Part shown: piece after piece, positions 52,561 to 64,000 of the stretch
How the letters are laid out: the number at the start of each line of letters is the position of its first letter
How positions within the stretch are numbered: the stretch's first letter is position 1
Source of the DNA: Lingula anatina
Taxonomy: Eukaryota > Animalia > Brachiopoda
Length of the DNA: 64,000 nt
Assembly: GCA_051362555.1 (NCBI GenBank)
Contig: CM120645.1
Location: 6,882,001 to 6,946,000 of the forward strand
Direction of reading: 5' to 3'
Position numbers and translations under genes: made by a program
The notes under the pieces: generated by a model
Database searches by the model: none
Seen by the model: only the letters and a program-made list of their open reading frames with translations
What the model was told of the DNA's origin: nothing

Positions 52561-53077
52561 ACTATGAATAGAATCCAAATACATACAATTAATTAATTTG
52601 GGAACAAAGATTTTGGCAAACAATACAATAAATTCAAACCAGACAAAAATTCTGCTCAGAATTCTATCTAAACTACAAAAGAATATTAAGCAAATAAGGA
52701 AAGAAAATGCTAGAACACAACAGTAAAATTAATTTTCCATAAATATAATTATTTCTCTGACAATTCTTTGACCCTTTTCACTTGATGTAATATTTTTTTT
52801 TTAATGTCACATATGTCAACGACAGCGATGCCATTTTCAGCAATATAAGAGAGTAAAATTAAATTCTTGGATCCAGGGTAATATGTGTAATATTACACTG
52901 CAATCAAGTATATTTCATTGTTCCAAGGTTCATGCAGAGTAAAACGTAATTTACAGTGAAATCTATAACAAACATATCCGGTGCATTTTCACGTATTGCC
53001 TACGCATCTGTAACGTTTTATTCGATGCACGGTCATTAAAAACTGAGTTAATGCCATAGGATTATCTCAAAACTCAC

Positions 53078-53130
53078 CAAAAATATAACACCCTACAAAA
53101 TATTTGCTGTGTACTCTTGCCACTTCCGGT
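53078..53130 (-). other. Putative non-coding leader exon of HDAC11 (and possibly of the TatD-like ORF)
   Basis: Consensus donor TTG|GTGAGT at 53077 on minus, just downstream of the CpG-containing promoter. Confidence 0.6.
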
Positions 53131-53205
53131 CTCTTCTGTTTTGACTTAGAACGAGGCACATCCGGGCAGTTCCGCAAATGGCGTGCGCTTTGAAGCCGCG
53201 AGCTG
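53115..53205. promoter_or_regulatory. Bidirectional promoter HDAC11/LIN37 with ETS, YY1-like and CDE/CHR-like motifs
   Basis: CACTTCCGGT (53121-53130), CAAATGGCG (53175-53183), GGCGTGCGC-TTTGAA (53180-53194) between divergent first exons. Confidence 0.65.
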
Positions 53206-53300
53206 AGTTGATACACAAAACTAACCAGTGATTATTATCATATTATAGCATCATATGAAGTGGGTTTGCGTCAGGGTGCTAAGCGAATTGTCAGTTGTGC

Positions 53301-56300
53301 ATGAAAATGAGTTCAAGGTCGAGATCAGGTATGGAATTATGCATTATTATTTTGGGATTCGTTCGCTGCTCTGATCCTGTTTTGACTCGAGTTCTGTCCA
53401 AGTTCTAAGCATTTTGAAGACGTCTAAACCGACATGTCATATGCAGCATGCCTGTGACATTTGTGTAGACCTATTGTGTTTGTGTGTGAGTGTGTGTTTG
53501 TTTGAATATATATTGCTTAAATGTTAAAGACAGTACCCCTAAAATTTCAAAGAAACGATTCCACTAAAACAACATGCAATAAAAATGAAAATCTGGTCTC
53601 ATCGAAAATTATATTAGATAATTAAAAATGCAGTTCGCCCACTGTCATTCGAATTAAAAGTATTAGATTCAGAGGACATTGTGTGTGACTGATTGGTTTT
53701 GTTGAATTTTGTTTCATTTTCTTTTGCATTGTAACCATTGTTTTTGTAGACAACAACACAGAGGTTGTTACTGCAAGAAGTCGCCTGGATGGAGTTTTGC
53801 AGACACTTGTGGATAAGAAGGACGATAGGTAAAGAACATTAAAAAATTCCCCCACGTTGTTGTATTATGATGAAATTCCTATTATCAATTTATACTTGGA
53901 TGTAGTTAAAACAATCAGAATCTGTCACTCCTTTCCATTTTGAAATCAGATTCAAAAATTTAATTTTGTTATTTATTATTGATGTAATTATTTTTCTTTA
54001 TAGAAATATTTTCTTCAGTACCCAAGATATCAATTTCTATGTTGTTTATGCTTGCCTTACTTTGGCATGCACTGTCTTTTTTCCCTTTTTGTCTGTATTA
54101 ACTTCTCTGTTGATATTCCAGCATAGAGATAGATGTTGACATTCAGATCAAAGAGGAGCCCACTGAAGACTCTCCAGTCAAGTAAGCATGCCATATTCTT
54201 TATCATCTGTTTTGAATGGTTTTACTAATGTCTGTATATTGGGACCTAGTCCAAAACAAAACACATTTAATTTAATGATAAGAAACATTGACAAATAAAA
54301 GCAAAAAAAGAAAGAAAAAAATGAAAATCATTTTCAATTATCTATATAATTATACTAATATTTATATAATTTGACTTTTAAAACTTCTATTTGCACTGAA
54401 TATGACTACCTTGGTTAAACTTAAACAATTGCTGTACTTATTTGTAAGTAAAGATGTATGTCGTTCACAACTGAACAACCTGATAGAAGCTAAATAGAGG
54501 TGTGTGTGTGTGTTAACTCTGACCAAAACTACATCTATTTTTCTGTTTTCTTTTTTCAGAGTGAGCACACCACGGAAATCTACCATTAGCACACCAGGCA
54601 GCAGTACAAAGTCCCCAGCAGCCAAGAAAAGAAAGAGAAAAGATGATGGGCCTGGTGGTGAGGTGGGCCAGTATCACCGTAAGTACTGTGATATATGATA
54701 ATTATCAAGCATTAGTCAATATACTTTTATATCTTTAGCTTACCTGGACATAGGCCTTCATCAGTCTGATGTGAGTAGATGTTGTTACTCACTGACCACT
54801 AGGTACTATAGTGGCCTCTCATAAATGTCAGGTAGATCAACAGATTTTGCTCCTGAACTTTAGTTGAATGTTTGCTTTCAGACACCTATGTAATGAAGCT
54901 GTTTGACCGTAGTGTGGATCTGGCTCAGTTCACTGAAAACACCCCACTGTATCCTGTGTGTCGAGCCTGGATACGCAACCAACCACACAACAGAGAGCTG
55001 GGCATCAAGAGATTAGAGACGCCTGAACCAGAGGAGTTGAGCGATGAGGAGGTATTAAGTTTTATAGACTTTGCTGAGCCTATATTCAGATTAAGCACTG
55101 TACCTCATGATTGTCTTTGTGAAAGTGGCAGTCTTTTTGTGTGTGCAGGCTTCATTCCAGTGCTCAAAGTTAACATACTATTTATTTATACTTATTTCTG
55201 TCCCAATTGTAACTTATATGGTAACTCCATTTTATCCTTTAGTAACATCACTAACATCAATATAGAATTATATTTACCAAAAAAAAAAATGAAAAAAAAA
55301 ATCTTATTATTTAATTTTCTGTGTATTACTCAGGAAGCAGAAGGCCCTAAGAACGTGTATCGTCTCCCTGCTGCCCTTGGTCCAGTAAAACGTGAACCTG
55401 GTCATGCATTCATGCACACTGACCTGAGAGTGCCCTCACCAGTACCTCAACCTGATCTGCCTCTGGATGTACATGCTGTAAGTACCTGTACTCTGGGGTC
55501 TTCTTTACAAACTGGTGAACGGTTTCATCCAAGATAGAATTCCTGTGTCATAGTAGTGATGATTGTTATTTTTTAAAGAATAAGATAAATATATATAAAT
55601 AAAATTATAATTGTTATTATTTATTTATCTGTTTAGGTTTTTATTTTATTTTATTCATTAATTTTTTTTTCTGCGATGGGGGGTGGGGGGGGGGGGGGGA
55701 GAACAGATCAAAATGTAATATGCTAGCTCAAGCACCACAGGGGCAAGACCCTTGAGATCGATGAAACAGTTAAGGTCAGTTTTTCATTTCAGTTGAAACC
55801 TGGCCTTAATTATGCATGAAAGTTATTTAGTATGATTGATTCAGAAGTTAATTTTTTTGTTTCAGGACCAGGACCAAGCCCCTCCAGCAGAACAGTTACT
55901 ACTCAACCACATGGTCAGATGGAAGGAGATCAGACAAAAGTAAATACTGCATTGCTATCAGTACAAAGAAGGACATTTTGGTCTTGTAGGAGTCTCAACA
56001 CTGAAAACTACATTTAAGTGTCAGCTGCCATTTTAAGATATGATCACTTTTGATACAGTCTGATTTTGCGTCTGTTATTAGTACACTGCAGTGGGTTTGA
56101 GTGTTGGGTTGAATTCAGCTCTTTTTTGTGCCATTATAGCAACATACTGCTGGGGATTTTTTTTTATATTTGGGGTGCATTTAACGTTTAAATATATTTC
56201 ATGTCTTTTAGGTGGAAAGTGCAGTCCATAGTCAATGAAGCTCGTTATGCAGAAAGTTTACATGTGATCAAAGATATATATGACTACCAGATGCAGCAGT

Positions 56301-56302
56301 AG
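53301..56302 (+). CDS. LIN37: Protein lin-37 homolog (MuvB/DREAM subunit), 8 exons
   Basis: Exons ~53301-53328, 53750-53828, 54122-54182, 54560-54678, 54883-55051, 55334-55477, 55866-55939, 56212-56302. Motifs [69 protein letters not shown] at 56999. Confidence 0.95.
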
Positions 56303-56607
56303 AACATAGTTACTGAGTGTGACCAAGATACATATGCAGCAGTAGTACATCACTACTGTATGTGGCCAGGGATATGGAACTGCATGATGCAGCAGTAGCA
56401 TTCAAGAAATGTGTCAGAGGATATATAGGATCACCGAGCGCAGCAGAAGTACATCAGAACTGTATTTTGCCAAGGATATAGATGACTACACACTGCAGCA
56501 ATAGCATATCAGAAACGTGACAGAGGATATATAGGACTAGCGAGCTGTATTTGGCCAAGGATATATATGACTACACAATACAGCAGTATCACATGAGAAA
56601 TGTGACA

Positions 56608-56695
<88 letters not shown>

Positions 56696-56880
56696 CTAGC
56701 AAGCACAGCAGTAGTCCATCAGAGGTGTATTTGGCCAAGGATGCATAGTACTAGAGGCTGCAGCAGTAGCACACCACAACAGTGGCCAAGGTTCAGACAG
56801 AGATACAGCATTATAATATCACTATCAGATGTGATTGGCAGAATGTTTGACCACCAGATGCTGTGCAGCACCAGCACAGG
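56265..56880 (+). repeat. Degenerate tandem repeats of the LIN37 terminal codons plus a (TA)n microsatellite
   Basis: Recurrent (GG)CCAAGGATATATATGACTAC...GCAGCAGTAG variants; pure (TA)n at ~56610-56692. Confidence 0.75.
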
Positions 56881-57384
56881 AGTTGCATGTTGAAGTGGTG
56901 ATTTATAAAATGCTTTGTGCAGTATGACGACTTTTATACTGAAAGACCTGTCCTTGAGGACAAGTCCTTTCATTGGAGAATTTAACCACATGAATATGAA
57001 TAAAACATTAGTTTTATTTTGCTTTTGTATTAACTATTCCTCATATTAGTTCACATTTTGAAAACAAAACACCAAAGACAGGTTATTTTAACCAGTGAAT
57101 TGTTTTGAACATTTAGCCCATATGAAATCCAAGGTGTTCATTCTACAGGAACTGTCTGTATTTAACACTTGTTATGCTGGCATGATTGAGCCTTTGAAGG
57201 TAGCAATTAAGAAAAAACAGTTCAGCTGCAGTTAAATTTAAAACCTGCACTTTATTTAAATATTAAAAACAGGAAATGAGAACTCAAAAGATAGGTGAAC
57301 AATACTATTTTATGCTTTTTTTATTCATTTTTAGTATCATTTTACTAATAAAATATATTTAAATATTGTATTAAATACTGTAGT

Positions 57385-57455
57385 GTACATCATGTTCATC
57401 AGACTCTCCCTTCCCTAGAGTAGGTTTTGTTGGAGATTCATCATAATCTGTGTAA
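57385..57455 (-). promoter_or_regulatory. SECIS element candidate (type II) in the SELENOK 3'UTR
   Basis: Minus strand: ATGAT-GAATCTCCAAC-AAAA-CCTA CTC TAGG-GAAGGGAGAGTC-TGAT. Shows the UGA/GA quartet, an 11-nt helix II arm, unpaired AAA and an apical mini-hairpin. Confidence 0.75.
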
Positions 57456-58110
57456 AGCACAGTCAATATCCATTTTCTTTCATGATATCATTTCATTTGC
57501 AACAGAAATGTGACATCATAATGTTATGTACAAAACTATTGGTGGGTGTTTTACACAGGCATAACATACACTACAGGTGCCAAGACATTACCTGCACTTC
57601 CAACTAACAAGAGAAAAATAATTATTGCACAATATCATTATACTGTAGCCCCTCTGTGAAGAAAATTTTGGTTGTAGCATCTAATTCTTGCAAAAAATGG
57701 AAAATATGAAGTCTTGTAAATCTATAGTTATATCTAAATAGTTAAGTCTAAATCTATAGTTATGATACATTCTTTAAAATCTGAGCCTCAACTTTTCCTT
57801 GCTTAAAAGTGAGTAATGCAGTAGTTTCAGTTATCAAATTGCATCTGTTTAGTAACAATGTTGATGAGAATAATGTTCTTATAGGCAGGACCAGATACTA
57901 TCATCTGAGAAGTGTTTCACTGCTGGGATCCAAAAACGAATATACATTCTTTGCAAAAATAAATGAGAGACTGTTAGAGACAGTTCTTTCTCCAACTGTA
58001 CATCACCATCTGGCAAATCTTTCGAGTTCTCTTGCAATTAAGTGCATGGTCTGTCTTGACAAAGTACTGGTTGCGCACCCTCCGGACTGAAGACGGTCAC
58101 TAGAGGGCGC

Positions 58111-60499
58111 TTACCTTCCTCATCCACCACCAGCCATGGGAGGTGGTGATGGCCCACCTGGAAATTAAATCAATTTTCACCTCACTATAATATTTTAAAT
58201 AATTTCACTGATGCATCAAGAATATGGACATTTCGTGAACCATTGACTATAAATACATCATTTAAAACAATTTGATTGAGTTTTCCTGATACTCAATTTC
58301 TTTTAAAAAAAAGAAAAAAAATACCTGGGTAAAAACAGATGGAAAATCTACCAAAAGAAATAAATTATCTTCTAATATTCAACTCGGTAACTGTAAGATT
58401 TATTTGTCAATGAATACTATTTAGTTTTTTAGGACACCTTATCAATATGCTATTCTCTTACTTACCACCACCCCCTCCTATTCCTCCCATTCTTCTCCTG
58501 GGGGGCCTTGGAGGGCTGTAAAGAATTAGAAAGAAATAAGCATGGGGCTGGGAGATGGTGACATTCAGAAACCAAAATCTTATTACTGGCCTTGCCATTG
58601 TAAATCCAATGTTAAGCAACCTAGTCATCAGACTTAGGTTAAACTATTTTATGTTCAAGTTAGCCCTTGACAGATTACGAGTCTGGTTGAGATCATGGAA
58701 AACTTGGTATATAGTTAGGTAAACAAAATTCTAATGGTGGTCATTAAATATAATACAGTGATATTAAATGTACTCGTCCCTTTGCTCAAACTTTATAACT
58801 TATGTATTTTTAAAAGTTACAAGTAAGAGTGCAAACTTACCCTCCACTGGGTCTGTAGTCTGAGGTGTACTGGCTGCCACGTTTTGTCATTGATGGCTAA
58901 AAAGATACAAATTATGAAAAATAATAAAAAATTACGACACAAAATGCCATTAATAACCAAAACTGACACCAAAATGTTTTTAACCTTTAAGATAATGCTA
59001 AGATGCAAAATTACAGGACTGGTGCTTTCATGAAACTTATAAATTAGATTATTTCTATTTTCCTTTTAAATGTAATAACACTGAATTTCACTGTTTTTAC
59101 ACTGAGTCCAATAAGAAAACCAAAACATTGTGACATGTTGGAGTAAGTTTTATAATATCAATTATCATATGAGTTCATTAAAATTGGTTTCAATGTCCCA
59201 GCCTTACCGAAATCATCGTCCTAAAACTGAAAAGAGAACAAATCAACAATGAGGAAACAAAATACAAACAGCACTTACTTCCATATAATTGGTATTCTTT
59301 TTATACAAACTTCAAATTCCAATTCATAGTGCCTGTTATTAGGAAACTTCAGAATAAGTTTCAAGCTATATAATTAGTAAGTGGAATGTTCTCAAACCAT
59401 CTAAAACATTAAACCAGCATAATATTTACTGAGATAAAGTTTCACTTTATTAAACAACAACCAAATAAATTAAATGATCAATTTTATAATAATATACAGT
59501 ATATGCACTCTGGTAACTTTTAAAAGTAACTGATTTTTCTTTCCTTTGAAAATATGTGCAAATTGTTTTGAATGTAGTGTTGCAGCAACTATTTAGTAGA
59601 TTTAGATGTATTTCAAATCACTATGCTCTAGTTTAAAATATTTAGCCACAATTAAAACCATTTGCACTTCTAATCCTTAGTAAAATGTACATATACATAC
59701 AAAAGAACGAAGAATTCCACCACAGCCCAAAACAGCTCTGGGATGTAGGACAGCCTCCAGTTGGACCTACTGTCCAAGACTTCCCCTCCTTCAAATCAAA
59801 GAAATTACTTATCAAATAATGAAGTAGGTAAACAGATAAATAGGGTCCTACGAAAATACGAAAACTGCGAAAACCAGAAGTTGCTAGGCGAAAACCACAC
59901 TATAACTAGCAACTTCTGGTTTTCGCGGTTTTCGCGGTTTTCGTATTTTCGTAGGACCGGATAAATAAACATAAAATACAACATTCGCCTAGCAACTAGG
60001 ACCGGATAAATAAACATAAAATACAACATTCGCCTAGCAACTTCTGGTTTTCGCGGTTTTCGCGGTTTTCGTATTTTCGTAGGACCGGATAAATAAACAT
60101 AAAATACAGAAGATACTCGAAGATCTTATTTTTGAAGTTATTTACGGACAAATTCAATTATGAGACAAGTTTTAATACTGCGCTGCACTAGAACCAGTGC
60201 TTTACTACAAGTTCCAGGAGGAATGGTAATTGACGTTTTAATAAAATAACAGTAGCAAGTAACAATTTTTAATTTGTTACTTGCTACTGTTAATTAAGAC
60301 ACTTTTACGATGCTGAGTCAGCGTCAATTACCATCGAATATATTGCAAAAATCAAACGTATATATCAATAAAAAGTATCATAAAGCAATACATTAGGTCT
60401 TAACTCAAATAATCATCAAGTGTAGAGTTTACAAAAGCTATCATAACTGAGATTTGTAAGATTTTTTATCTTTTACTTACCTCCCGACACGTAAGGCAT
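58111..60499 (-). CDS. SELENOK: Selenoprotein K, 6 exons, UGA(Sec) at 58120-58122
   Basis: Exons 60481-60499, 59701-59788, 59208-59226, 58841-58896, 58465-58516, 58111-58157 give MPYVSGGGEVLDSRSNWRLSYIPELFWAVVEFFVLFFRTMISPSMTKRGSQYTSDYRPSGGPPRPPRRRMGGIGGGGGGPSPPPMAGGG-U-GR*. Confidence 0.95.
59843..60108. mobile_element. Fold-back MITE (GG..CC ends, 8-bp TSD, Merlin-like) with tandemly re-duplicated right arm
   Basis: GGTCCTACGAAAATACGAAAAC..GCGAAAACCAGAAGTTGCTAG is inverted at 59906-59958. GATAAATA flanks both sides. The right arm plus flank recurs at ~59990-60030 and 60034-60108. Confidence 0.75.
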
Positions 60500-60620
60500 T
60501 TTATCCGTGTGTGAAATACGTCACAATTTTTGTGTAAATATCAGGCTCTTTCGAAAGCGAGGCTCTTAAATTTCCCAAACTCTGACGTCATTTCCCCGGC
60601 AACCGCATATGACAACAATC
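60500..60620. promoter_or_regulatory. Very compact bidirectional promoter (121 bp ATG-to-ATG) with CRE
   Basis: Perfect TGACGTCA at 60583-60590; TACGTCA at 60517; GGCAAC/GACAAC RFX-like half sites. Confidence 0.6.
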
Positions 60621-63600
60621 ATGGCGGCACAGGGAGCACCTTCAGATAAAAAACAGGTATATTTCACTAATTTATGCGCCATGGTCAGTCATGATACTCG
60701 CATTACCACACGATAAATCATTTTCCAACATTCAGGCGTCTCAGTTTAATTCAACTTTTATGGTATATTTTTTCAGATATCATAGAAAATTGCAATGTTT
60801 ATTGACAGTTTCAAACGTGTATTCAACGTTAAACACTTAAAACAGGAACATATTCTAGCATTGTGAAGTATTACACACAGTCAATGACAATGGGGTGCTA
60901 GTAATTTAATCAAAAATTGTCTTTGTGTATAAGTGTACGTAGGTCGTTAAGTCTGAATTGTTTACTTTTGGTGTCATATAAAAAAGGTTAATGAGTATCA
61001 GCGCTTTTGCAATTATATATAAATGGCAAATACAACTTTTTGGAATAAATAATGGTATGTTTCTTTATGTTATTTTCTTTATGTTTACAGGACCAAGCTG
61101 CAGAAAAACTAAAGGAAGCAGAAGAAGAAGAGGAAATATATGTGTAAGCAATCACATGTTTTAATTTGCAGTTTTAGTTGGATATCATATACTGTACTGG
61201 TACAGTATATTTAATTTTGTCTGCATTTGTTGATGAATGCACTAGCTTCTTACTAGTACTATAACTGTAGCAGAGGGAGTGTAAAATATATAACAATTTA
61301 ACATTAAATTTTCATAAAATTGGCCATTGACTTAATAGTTGAACATGGGGTTGAACATGGGATTTCAAATTTTAAGACATTATAGAGGTCTGTAGGAGGG
61401 TGTTAAAACTGTTACATGTTAGAGTATCACTCAGGTAAGCTGCTTCTGTGTCAAGTCATGACTGTTCTGAAAGCATTTAATACAACATTGTAAAATGCCC
61501 ATCATTTTTTTGTTAATTTTTAGGCCTAAATTGACCCCTGAAGAGCAGGATTTGGCATATGAGCTGAAGGCAGTTATGATGAGAAACATAGCTGTGCAGC
61601 AACAGAAAGTGAAAACTGAGCTAGCACTGCATGGCAAGATGGATGAGATGAAGAAAATGAACTGGCGGAACCAGAGACTGAAGCATGAGTGCGAGTTGTC
61701 CAGGACTAATGCAATTAAACTCATGAAGATGTTTGAGAGGAAGGCAAAAGAAGGTAATGATTGAAGTTGATATTTTTCCCTTGGATCACTCTGCACCACT
61801 GCCCTACCCTTTATGCTCAATTTTTAAATCTTTTTATTTCGATTAAGGCCACACTTTTTTATTTTTATGGATGACATCCTCTGGGTACCCCAAAATCGGT
61901 GCGAGAGGGCGAAAAAAAAAAAAAAAAACAGTCCCAAAAAAAAACTGCTTAAGTAAAGGAATGCTGTCAGTACACAGCTGGAAACACAAATTTAACCACA
62001 GAAACACGTATCAAACTAACAATAATATGTCTTTTTCCATGCTCTCAGAATATTAAAGCATTGTGAATACTTCGTAGAAATGTAAAAAAAGTCATGAATT
62101 GATATACTTCATATTACCAAATCTATTTAAGGTTATTTCATGCATTCATTTGGTATAGCAATCAATAAAACAAATATCAATCAAACAGCGTGTCTTTATT
62201 TGTATTCTCAGAATATTAAAACATTTTGAACACTTCACATAAATGTTTAAAAAATGATGCAAAGATATGCTTAATACTTCCAAATCTATTAAAGGTCATT
62301 TCATACGATGCCATTTTGTCAACTTCAACTCACACGAGGCAGCTAAACTGTCAGGTGGCCTGTCCGACCTTCAGCCCACCAAATACCTTGACGCCCTTGT
62401 CGACCCTTTTTTCGCTACAGAAAACCTGGTATTAATGTGCTGCTTTATACAGAATGTCACAGAAATGTTTCGGCCGCCGCCAGCCTTTCGCACAATTGTA
62501 AAAAGGTGATATCTCCATGCCCAATATCAATGGCATACCAATCCAAAACGATGGCGCCCGTTCTCTTTATGACTTTTATTGTTGTGTAATTTGAAAGTAA
62601 TCCTAGAGATGAATTTGACAGCAAAGTGGCCGCATTTCCACGTGGCGAAAATACGCATGCGCAGAAAGCTCATTTCCTTGCAAATTCAATGTTTGCGACA
62701 ACCGACTTTGTTGGGGGCTGGGGGGGGGGCTTTTTTTTTTTTTTTTTTTTTTTTGGAGAACGGGCGAAAATCCGTGCGCGCGCAGGATGTCATCCATAAA
62801 ATTAAAAAAGTGTGGCCTAATCACAAAAAAAAAAAAAAAAAAAAAATCTTGAAGTGCGTTCAAGTTGGGTAGAAAAATCAGTGGTACTGGTAAGTGTGAG
62901 AAGAGAAAAGCACTATTCAATGACCCATGTCAAGGCATTTTTGTTTGTTTGAATGTTTGAGTAAAATATGAAAAATGCATAAAGACTAACAAGAAAGAAT
63001 GGCACACTTAATAGCAATTAAGAACTGACCTATGTGTAACAATATATAATTATTTACTTTTAATTCTGTCCATTGGGGATGATACAAATATAAAATCATG
63101 AAGCACACTACTTTTATTTAATAATAGTTTTCAATATTTGTAAATAAAATATAGAAATTTTTAGTAAATAAATTTCAATTCTGTCATTCTCCCACCCTAT
63201 AATAAAACCCTGGATATTCCAAGGCTGTATTATGACCAAAGGAATATTTTGTTTAAGCTATTTAAATTTAATGAAAAAAAATTTAATATTTTTGTGATGT
63301 TACTTTAGCTGATGTGAAGGTGCAATCCATGGAGAAGGAGCTGCAGAAAGCCCAGGAGGTGGCTAAGAAGTACCAGGAGTTATATGACCAGGAACGAACC
63401 ACTAAAGGAGTAGGGGCACGCCCACCCAGCAGGGCCGCCGGAGCTGACATAGATAGGCCCCCTTCACCTATGAAAATCAAGGACATAATCAGGAGGAATG
63501 AGGTCAGTGTAATACTGGACTCAGTCATGGCTTTTAAGAGTTATTGCTGACTGGTGTACAGGAGTTACCCAGATTTTTAGGTGAAGTCCAGTTTAGCTCC

Positions 63601-64000
63601 TTCATTTTCAAGTTTTGAAAATGCCCAATTGATACACCCTTGAGTTTCAGAGGACACTGAAGACTCAGCTCTCCACTATCTCAGCATGGTACTAAACATG
63701 TTGATAGTAGAGAAGTGGGTTTCCAGTGTCCTCTGAAACTCAGAATGATTTGATATGGATCAAGATATGAAAATGAAGAAGCTGGCACCCATCAGATGTA
63801 AAATGATCGATATTATATATAACTGGTGAGGCTATGCCATGAATTAGTTGCCTGAAAGCTTTGAATGAATAAATGTGACTGCTCAAATAGAAATTCTATA
63901 GCAAGTTGTGTTTTCTTCTAGGTGTTGGAAGCTGAGAATGACAAACTGAAAAGGGAGGTGCATAGGTTGAAGCAAGACAATGGGGAACTTATCAAGAAAG
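60621..64000 (+). CDS. Uncharacterised coiled-coil protein, 3' end outside window
   Basis: Phase-consistent exons 60621-60656, 61091-61143, 61524-61753, 63309-63502, 63922->64000; E/K/Q-rich heptad peptides (MEKELQKAQEVAKKYQELYDQER, LEAENDKLKREVHRLKQDN). Confidence 0.85.
61847..62817. mobile_element. Non-autonomous DNA transposon with ~35-bp TIRs and TAA TSD (PIF/Harbinger- or Zator-like)
   Basis: TAA|GGCCACACTTTTTTATTTTTATGGATGACATCCT ... AGGATGTCATCCATAAAATTAAAAAAGTGTGGCC|TAA. Confidence 0.88.
63635..63747. mobile_element. Small MITE with TIRs related to the 47578 element
   Basis: CACCCTTGAGTTTCAGAGGACACTG ... CAGTGTCCTCTGAAACTCAGAATG; flanks AATTGATA / ATTTGATA (7/8). Confidence 0.7.

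Larger units (their letters stand above)
48477..52722 (-). mobile_element. Decayed Gypsy/Ty3 LTR retrotransposon relic (5'LTR stub, integrase remnant, ORF3, PPT, 3'LTR)
   Basis: 27-bp direct repeat (25/27 identical) at 52696-52722 and 48906-48932, reading TGTTGTG.TC.AGCATTTTCTTTCCTT on minus. Purine tract GAATAAAAGTAGGGGGAA immediately precedes the 48932 copy. Integrase motifs at 51648-52560. The lower boundary (CACCAACA on minus, ending at 48477) is tentative; no TSD found. Confidence 0.75.

Noticed and set aside
48906-52722. 27-bp direct repeat as the TSD of an L1-type retrocopy
   Set aside because: TG start, adjacent PPT and enclosed integrase remnants fit LTR ends better.
56509-56748. 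ORFs with IYIYIY runs (also the poly-Ile start of the ORF at 43216-43398)
   Set aside because: Translations of microsatellites.

Overview
AT-rich, intron-rich animal genomic DNA; the repeat and gene content suggest a marine invertebrate such as a mollusc (inference). Host genes in order: a 5'-truncated CFAP92/KIAA1257-like gene (+, 1-17937); a secreted-type SRCRx7-CUB-PANx2-fibrinogen-like-EGF-PAN mosaic gene (-, ~20487-32967); HDAC11 (-, 41191-48411); LIN37 (+, 53301-56302); selenoprotein K with an in-frame UGA and a SECIS candidate (-, 58111-60499); and a 3'-truncated coiled-coil gene (+, from 60621). Introns hold a young non-autonomous LTR element, a Helentron/HINE-like element with a satellite array, and several MITEs, one carrying a RecQ helicase fragment. 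The main finding is a decayed Gypsy/Ty3 LTR retrotransposon in the HDAC11 5'-UTR intron. Its integrase is broken by stops and frameshifts. The ORF in the env position, between the pol end and the polypurine tract, is a fully open 759-aa zinc-finger + TatD-like nuclease with a splice acceptor 2 nt before its ATG. This suggests a retrotransposon-borne TatD gene domesticated by the host and driven from the HDAC11/LIN37 bidirectional promoter. All calls are by eye; no database searches were run.
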